Shown here piece after piece: positions 18,901 to 26,228 of a DNA stretch of 26,228 nt. The position numbers and the translations under genes were made by a program. The notes beneath the pieces are model-generated. The model made no database searches and was not told where the DNA came from. It worked only from the letters and a program-made list of their open reading frames with translations. This stretch comes from Thermoproteota archaeon (lineage in GTDB: Archaea > Korarchaeota > Korarchaeia > Korarchaeales > Korarchaeaceae): NCBI GenBank assembly GCA_037917625.1, contig JAVCBY010000055.1:1-26228 (forward strand), in the 5' to 3' direction. Every line of letters starts with the position of its first letter. Positions within the stretch are counted from its first letter, which is position 1.

Positions 18901-20069
18901 TTAGAGACCCCTAGCCGCTAACTCTAGCGCCATCTTGAGTTGAGCTTCTACCGGCTTTGGGAGGCCCTCTATCTTAACTTCCATGAATCCCCTGACTAAG
19001 ATGCTCCTCGCTTCCTCCTCACTGAAGCCCTTGGTCATCAAGTAGTAGAGCTGCTCCTCACTGAGCTTACCTACAGCTGCCTCATGAGAGAGCTGGACAT
19101 CATCGACTTTAGCGTCTAAGGCTGGTAGCGTCAGTATCCTGGAGCTATCTGAGAGGAGTAGCCCATCGCACTCTATGTGCCCCCTAGCCCCTCTGCCCTC
19201 AGCTGATATTAGGGACCTCGTTATCACATCAGCTCTGTCCTTCGTTATCACCTTGGATATTATTTCAGCTGACGTATTCTCAGCTCTCAAGAAGACGCTC
19301 CCCCCTATATCGATCTTAGATTCCTTAGGAGCTACTATAACTGAGGAGAGGTAAGCTCTCGCTCCCTCACCGACTAAATAGACCTTAGGATCCGTCTGAA
19401 GGCTGGCTATGGGGCTCATGTTTATGTAATGGCTCACATATTCCCCTCCTCTCTCCACTATGACTCCAGTCCTTGGTCTGACGTGAGAGGTCGGGGCCCA
19501 CTGATGTATCATGGTGAAAGTTAGCCTCCCCCCTTCCTTAACGTAGAACTCGGAAATTCCTGCGTGCAAGCCGGGAGCTTCGATGGAAGTCAAGCATCCA
19601 GTTATCACGTGGAGCTCCGCTCCCTCCTCAACTACAACTATGTTGTGAGGCGCTTGTATTGATCCGGGGGTGGAGAGGAGTAAGCATGAGAGGACAGGTC
19701 GCTCGACTTTCCTACCTCTCTCAGCTATGAATACGTAACCCTCATGCCCTCCGAATAACTCAGCCGCTGCTGTGTACTTATCAGTATCTATCTTAACCGC
19801 ATTCCAGAAGTAATCTCGGACGAGATCCTCCTCCAGAGCTTGCGAGAGGGTCAATACCTTGACTCCAGGTATCTCTGGCCTAACTTCCACAGGCTTATTA
19901 TCTACTTGGATGTAAGAAGCTCTCTCAGGCTCTATTCCGAGGCTGGAGAGCGCTCCCAAGTCCACTGGGGGCTCAGCTTTGGGCTTGAGGAAGTCCTCTA
20001 CCCTCAAGTCTATCCCGTAAGGGGAGGGTTTATTCAAAGCGTCCTCAGCTAATCTCCTCAACTCTAGCA

Positions 20070-20070
<1 letters not shown>
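18901..20070 (-). CDS. sufB: Fe-S cluster assembly scaffold SufB/SmsB
   Basis: DKYTA, HNIVVVEEGAELHVITGC, HAGISEFY, HVRPRT, GHIECDGL, LSHEAAVGK, YLMTKG. ATG 20070 overlaps the sufC stop after SD GGTGA. Confidence 0.92.
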
Positions 20071-22433
<2,363 letters not shown>

Positions 22434-22538
22434 ATCTCCTCAGACTCTTGATTATTTCTTCGAACCTCTTCCTATCCTCCTCCGTAGCCCTAAGGTACTG
22501 CTCTAATGCCCTCCCTATATCGTCCTCATTTCATCCTT

Positions 22539-22736
22539 ATGTAACCTCCTGAGACCGTGTGAGCTACCCACCCCTGAAGGGTATGGGCTTCCAGCGTTTA
22601 GAGTGGGCTTTGCGCCTACCTCCTCATCTGCTGGTTCGAGGGGCTCACATCTCCTCCATCCCATAGAGCTCGTTACCCTATGGGCTATTCTCATTTATCC
22701 ACCTCAGCCGATGCTTCATAGGTCATTGGAACATCC
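22539..22736 (-). ncRNA. Putative TnpB omega-RNA (reRNA): scaffold inside the element plus a ~16-20 nt guide from the flank
   Basis: Stems CCCATAGGG/CTCTATGGG, CCAGC/GCTGG enclosing a GGC-GCAAA-GCC hairpin, and the right-end hairpin. GTGAGC (22643-22648) is complementary to the terminal GCTCAC (pseudoknot). It lies downstream of an internal BRE/TATA; the 5' end is inferred. Confidence 0.6.
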
Positions 22737-22818
22737 TCAAACTACTTGGGCTCTCTAATTTTTTAAATTTTCGCATTCATCTCACTCGAATGGTGTGGGT
22801 TTTCTGGCGAAAACTTTG
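22559..22818 (-). mobile_element. Non-autonomous IS200/IS605-family miniature element (PATE/MITE-like), 260 bp, no tnpA or tnpB
   Basis: Minus strand left end: TTAT|CAAAGTTTTCGCCAGAAAA followed by a hairpin. Right end: GAAG-CCCATACCCTTCAGGGGTGGG-TAGCTCAC|. The guide/cleavage pairs AAAA-TTAT and GAAG-TCAC follow the IS608 rule. There is no target duplication, and excision restores the flanking frame. Confidence 0.85.
22760..22773 (-). promoter_or_regulatory. BRE/TATA promoter inside the element's left end
   Basis: The minus strand reads CGAAAA-TTTAAAAA, the canonical archaeal BRE+TATA, pointing toward the right end. Confidence 0.6.
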
Positions 22819-22981
22819 ATAATTATTTGAATGGGAGATCCACTTACTAGTATCTAATCCCCTGTTGAAATCATCGAAGAAGTAGAAAGTAGCATCACCG
22901 TCGCTCTCACTTGCAGCAGTAGGATTCCCGTAATACGTGTATAGTCGAGCCCGAAGGAGCTATTGAAAGAGAGCATCAAAC

Positions 22982-23431
22982 TCACGGCGACCTCTTCCCA
23001 CTCACCTCCTCTATCTCAATCCTTATGACCTCCACTTTATCTAACTCCTCATCTGGGACATCAAAATCCTCATCAGAGTACCTCTTGATTATGCAATTCA
23101 ATGCTTTTCTCTTCTCCTCTCTATCCTCAACGAAACTAGCTCTACCAACGCCTATCACACTCTTGTAAGCTAGAGTCCACTCGCAAGGGCTTCCAGACCT
23201 TATGAGGCTAATATCGACCTCAGTCTCAAAGCAAACGAGGTTGTTCCTCCTCAGTATATCTATCTTCCTCCCCTCCCTCGCGGAATGTATGTAGATGAAC
23301 CCATCGGAGTAGCAGAAGATGACGGGAACGCAGTAAGGCATTCCTCCATCGCACATAGCTATCCTGCAGATCTTAGCCCTCCTCAGGACTTCCTCTATTC
23401 CATCCTTCATCTCCTTATCGATACGCCTCAT
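22982..23431 (-). CDS. Pyridoxamine 5'-phosphate oxidase / NimA-like flavin-nucleotide-binding protein
   Basis: MRRIDKE, CRIAM...PYCVP...IYIHSAREGRKID...VCFE...YKSVIG.G...GK. The start at ATG 23431 is supported by TATA TTTATATG at 23453-23460 (leaderless). Confidence 0.88.
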   Translation of the reverse strand: MRRIDKEMKDGIEEVLRRAKICRIAMCDGGMPYCVPVIFCYSDGFIYIHSAREGRKIDILRRNNLVCFETEVDISLIRSGSPCEWTLAYKSVIGVGRASFVEDREEKRKALNCIIKRYSDEDFDVPDEELDKVEVIRIEIEEVSGKRSP

Positions 23432-23511
23432 GACGTTGAGGCGGTGAGAGCTCATATAAAGTTTATCTGGAGCGAGATTTCTCCTAAAAGATCGCGATTT
23501 TAACATGATAA

Positions 23512-23934
23512 CTATATTTTGAAGTCCCGATAACTCACTATATCGATCCCATACTTCCTCTTCAGCTCCTCCCTCACGGATAAAATCGAGGAATCCTCCG
23601 TAATCAGGACCTCCTTCCTCTCTATAGCTGTAGCAACTATTATGCGATTTATGTAGTCTCTCAAGCCGCGCAACTCATATGCTCTCCTCACTATACTCTC
23701 CTCATAAAATGGTACCACATCGAAAGACCTCATTATTATATCGGTAGCCTCCGTTACGTATCCCGGGGGTATATTCAAGCTGAATGCTTTCGCTTGCATT
23801 TCAAATATTGATATGAGGCTCACCTTTAGATCTGAAAGATCTACATTCACCTTCCCATCTGCTACCGCTCTTAAAAAATCTGTTTTCACGCCTATCCGCG
23901 CGAGAGGGAGGAGGTAAATAGTATCTAAGATCAT
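23512..23934 (-). CDS. vapC: PIN-domain (VapC) toxin
   Basis: MILDT, SLISIFE, IIVATA, LITED; ATGA overlap with the upstream antitoxin. Confidence 0.85.
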   Translation of the reverse strand: MILDTIYLLPLARIGVKTDFLRAVADGKVNVDLSDLKVSLISIFEMQAKAFSLNIPPGYVTEATDIIMRSFDVVPFYEESIVRRAYELRGLRDYINRIIVATAIERKEVLITEDSSILSVREELKRKYGIDIVSYRDFKI

Positions 23935-24167
23935 CTCCCCTCGAACCTCTTGCTGAGTTCAGCACGGAACTCCTCGAATTCCTCTTGGGAAATTTCTGCG
24001 ATTTTCTCGGAGTAGATAAGCCTTATCAAGTCATTCCTAAATCTCTCCTTGAGCAATTCTCCTATAACCTTTGATATCGCCCTAGCGGTCCCATACCTCC
24101 TAATGCTCTCCTGCACTAACTTCTCATACACATCGTCCTCTAAGATCACAGTTGTACGCTTAGGCAT
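23931..24167 (-). CDS. vapB: VapB-type antitoxin (ribbon-helix-helix/CopG-like)
   Basis: MPKRTTVILEDDVYEKL...ISKVIGELL with an acidic C-terminal tail. It lies upstream of the PIN gene; TATA TTTTATAT at 24187-24194 supports ATG 24167. Confidence 0.82.
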   Translation of the reverse strand: MPKRTTVILEDDVYEKLVQESIRRYGTARAISKVIGELLKERFRNDLIRLIYSEKIAEISQEEFEEFRAELSKRFEGR

Positions 24168-24194
24168 ATAATATATATGCCTATGCATATAAAA
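24161..24194 (-). promoter_or_regulatory. vapBC promoter with palindromic operator
   Basis: TAGGCATATA-ATA-TATATGCCTA (perfect 10-bp arms, 24161-24183) lies between the TATA box and the start codon, overlapping the ATG. Confidence 0.7.
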
Positions 24195-24306
24195 GCTTAT
24201 CTGCCGAGTGATGCGTTAGAGCTACTGGTGGGATTCCTCGCGTGGGTAACGTCTCGAATCCACTCAGGATCATGACTGAGAAACCTCCAGAAAGTGCCTA
24301 TCGTAC

Positions 24307-24339
24307 AGGAGTCCCTATAAAAAGTGATTAGGGACTCCT
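24307..24339. repeat. Perfect 11-bp inverted repeat with an 11-nt AT-rich spacer
   Basis: AGGAGTCCCTA-TAAAAAGTGAT-TAGGGACTCCT. Confidence 0.8.
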
Positions 24340-24478
24340 CGAATAATCCATTACCGATTTCACAATTGAAAATATTAGATATTTCATTATCTCAAAAACT
24401 AAATTTCCATATAGTAATTATCGTGAATGACGAGAACTTTCCACAGCATATTTATAAGCTCGACCGATCGGTTGATTC

Positions 24479-25096
24479 ATGATGAAGCACACGGGATACG
24501 AAGCTCTGATAGGTCTTTGGGGCCCCCTCGGGATAATAGCCTTCACTTTCCTGATAAGCTTAGTCCCCTTCGCCTCCCCATCTAACGCTGTGATGGCAGC
24601 TTTAATAGCTATGAGCTTCCCCAATATAGATAAGCTTTGGATAGGTGTATCCGTCGCTTTAGGAGCTACTCTAGCAAAACTAGTGCATTTCTCAGCATCT
24701 TACGGAGTGGGTAAGGTCATAGAGAGGAAGATGGGTGATGAGAGGCTCGGGAAGTATAGCAGGATCATGATGTACATAATGAACTTCGTGGCAGCAGCTA
24801 CCCCACTCCCGGATGAGTGGATAGTCATACCCATGGGCTTGGGGAGGATGAGCCCCATCTGGTTCTTCTTATCTTACTTAGCGGGGAAGCTCGTGATAAC
24901 TATACCCGCAGCTTACATAGGGAAGGGGCTAGCTCCCATAGTCGAGGGGATCTTCGGGGACAATACTTGGGTATTCTCCGCGGTGATCGGTGTAGTGATA
25001 GCTGTGATCTTCGTTTTCATAGACTTCAGGAAGCTCGGCGAGAGAATGGCTGGGGCCCTGAGGTTAAAGAGGGGGGAACCTCGAGGAGAAGCTTGA
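24479..25096 (+). CDS. DedA/VTT (SNARE-associated) family membrane protein
   Basis: SLVPFASP, ALGATLAK...YGVG, AATPLPDE...IPMG...FFLSYLAGK; TATA TTTATAAG ~25 nt upstream. Confidence 0.82.
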   Translation: MMKHTGYEALIGLWGPLGIIAFTFLISLVPFASPSNAVMAALIAMSFPNIDKLWIGVSVALGATLAKLVHFSASYGVGKVIERKMGDERLGKYSRIMMYIMNFVAAATPLPDEWIVIPMGLGRMSPIWFFLSYLAGKLVITIPAAYIGKGLAPIVEGIFGDNTWVFSAVIGVVIAVIFVFIDFRKLGERMAGALRLKRGEPRGEA

Positions 25097-25213
25097 GCTC
25101 TAAGATTTCCATTCTACAAAATTTTAAATTTCTCAACATGAAGCCACAATAAAAGGAAATTTAATTAACTATCCCAGATATTTGCTTAGCCTTCCGGAGG
25201 ATGCTTAGAGCTC

Positions 25214-25850
25214 TTATATAATGTTAGGGGCTAGGGGGAGGGAGCTGAGCACTAGAGATGAGAAGAGCATAACGATGTAGCTAAATGAGAATGATATCCC
25301 TATAGCTAGGAAAACGCAAGATATTAAAGCTGAGATCAAGACCTTCGAAAGCTCAGGACTTCCCAAGAACTTGAATTCCTAGATACTATCATGAAGGGAG
25401 GTCCTAAGTAAACAGCCCCGATGGAGAAGCTCATGAGGATCCCTATTAAAATAATAGAAGCTTCATTAACGTTCCCGAGCATATGTATGCCCCTGCCTGT
25501 AATATTATTAGGAGGGGGATGAGGGAGATCCTCACGAATCCCGCTAGGAGTTCAGATTCGTTCACTAGTTTAGCGACTCTCGAGCTCCAGGAGTAGTAGA
25601 AGGAGTTGAAGGCTGTCATGAACCTAGAGCCGGAGTAGGTTGAGAAGACTATCTCATCCCTGAACCTCCTCAGGAAGTTGACTTGTGGGGAGAGCTCTGA
25701 GCCATAAGCTGCTGTCGCTATCAAGCACCTAGATTCCTCAGTTATCTGAAGCTGAAAAGTCGATTGCCTCGTCAAGTTACCTGATGTCCCAGTCACAACC
25801 ACAGTGAAGTTCCCTAGGGTTTCCCCAGTCTCACTCTCCCTTTGAAAGTT
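25214..25850 (-). pseudogene. C-terminal relic of a CFI-box-CTERM surface protein, with two frameshifts and no N-terminus
   Basis: GNFTVVVTGTSG...RCLIATAAYGSELSPQVNFLRRFRD...FNSFYYSWS. It continues in other frames as NEASIILIGILMSFSIGAVYLGPP (shift ~25483) and LSKVLISALISCVFLAIGISF... (shift ~25377). Confidence 0.8.
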
Positions 25851-25885
25851 TGCTTTTGTCGTTATACAGGAATAATTCCATATCC

Positions 25886-26228
25886 TTACCCTTCGAACTT
25901 TTGAAGCGAAAATACAATTCTTCCTGGCTTCTTCAACTTGAAAACTTTATCTTTCTCATCATATATAATTCCTCTCTCCTCTGCCTTTCTCAAGATCTCT
26001 CTGAAGACCTCCTCTATCCCTCCTCTATCGTACGCAAATATAGCATCCCTCAAGAGGTTCAGGGTCTGCCAGCTCGGGACTTTCTTCAAGCTCTCTATAT
26101 CGTATACGAGGACTGTCACATCCCTCTTGAACTTCTTAATCAACCCACTGAACTCATAATAGAGCTTGTCCTGCTCCTCTAAGCTCAGTTCCCTCTCCGT
26201 TATCACGAAAATATCTATATCGCTTTTC
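25886..26228 (-). CDS. Minimal nucleotidyltransferase (MNT, Pol-beta superfamily); 5' end outside the window
   Basis: The frame is open to the window edge and reads KSDIDIFVI (DxD motif)...RDVTVLVY...LLRDAIFAYD. Confidence 0.82.
   Translation of the reverse strand, partial: KSDIDIFVITERELSLEEQDKLYYEFSGLIKKFKRDVTVLVYDIESLKKVPSWQTLNLLRDAIFAYDRGGIEEVFREILRKAEERGIIYDEKDKVFKLKKPGRIVFSLQKFEG

Larger units (their letters stand above)
22526..22965 (-). pseudogene. Relic of a DUF2341-domain (surface/secreted) protein gene, frameshifted and split by the IS200/IS605-derived element
   Basis: The minus strand reads SIAPSGST/(frameshift)YTYYGNPTAASESDGDATFYFFDDFNRGLDTSKWISHSNNY. Removing 22559-22818 continues it in frame as TVSGGYIRMK*. 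YYGNP...FFDDF...KW is characteristic of DUF2341 proteins. Confidence 0.75.

Noticed and set aside
22559-22818. Alternative reading of the hairpin-rich insert as a tRNA, CRISPR repeat, terminator or IS607 end
   Set aside because: No cloverleaf or T-loop and no repeat-spacer periodicity. Subterminal hairpins with TTAT/TCAC boundaries fit IS200/IS605 rather than IS607.
23432-23506. N-terminal extensions given by the ORF track (also 2678-2752, 4978-5061, 20071-20097, 24168-24188)
   Set aside because: Downstream starts fit the SD/TATA positions and family N-termini better.
25831-25881. 16-codon ORF (MELFLYNDKSKLSKGE) just after the MNT stop, considered as a HEPN partner
   Set aside because: Too short and no RxxxxH motif; at most a truncated gene start. 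A HEPN partner could lie upstream, outside the window.

Overview
Archaeal chromosomal DNA, probably a thermophile of the Thermoproteota/TACK group and Korarchaeota-like. This is inferred from AGG/ATA/GAG codon use, GGTGA Shine-Dalgarno sites, TATA/BRE promoters and archaeal gene content. About 22 kb is dense housekeeping or metabolic content: DHH phosphoesterase, PfkB kinase, TsaA/TrmO, flippase, AcyP, HtpX, adenine deaminase, radical SAM/SPASM, DNA ligase, Hsp20, PAC2, a divergent TrpRS, MDP-1, CinA-like, Taw3, SufBC/SmsBC and Nnr. It also carries an orphan N6-adenine DNA methyltransferase and a Zn-ribbon/wHTH AAA+ protein whose catalytic motifs are degenerate. The last ~3.8 kb is an accessory, decaying region with vapBC, a minimal nucleotidyltransferase and relics of DUF2341 and CFI-box-CTERM surface-protein genes. 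The most notable signal is a 260-bp ORF-less IS200/IS605-derived element (22559-22818, minus strand). It has both transposon ends, an internal BRE/TATA promoter and an apparently intact TnpB omega-RNA scaffold, and it is inserted precisely after TTAT in a DUF2341 relic. Bases 1-125 are a perfect inverted copy of 6045-6169 that truncates a dapA-family gene; this is either a rearrangement or an amplification/assembly chimera. No rRNA, tRNA or CRISPR array was seen.
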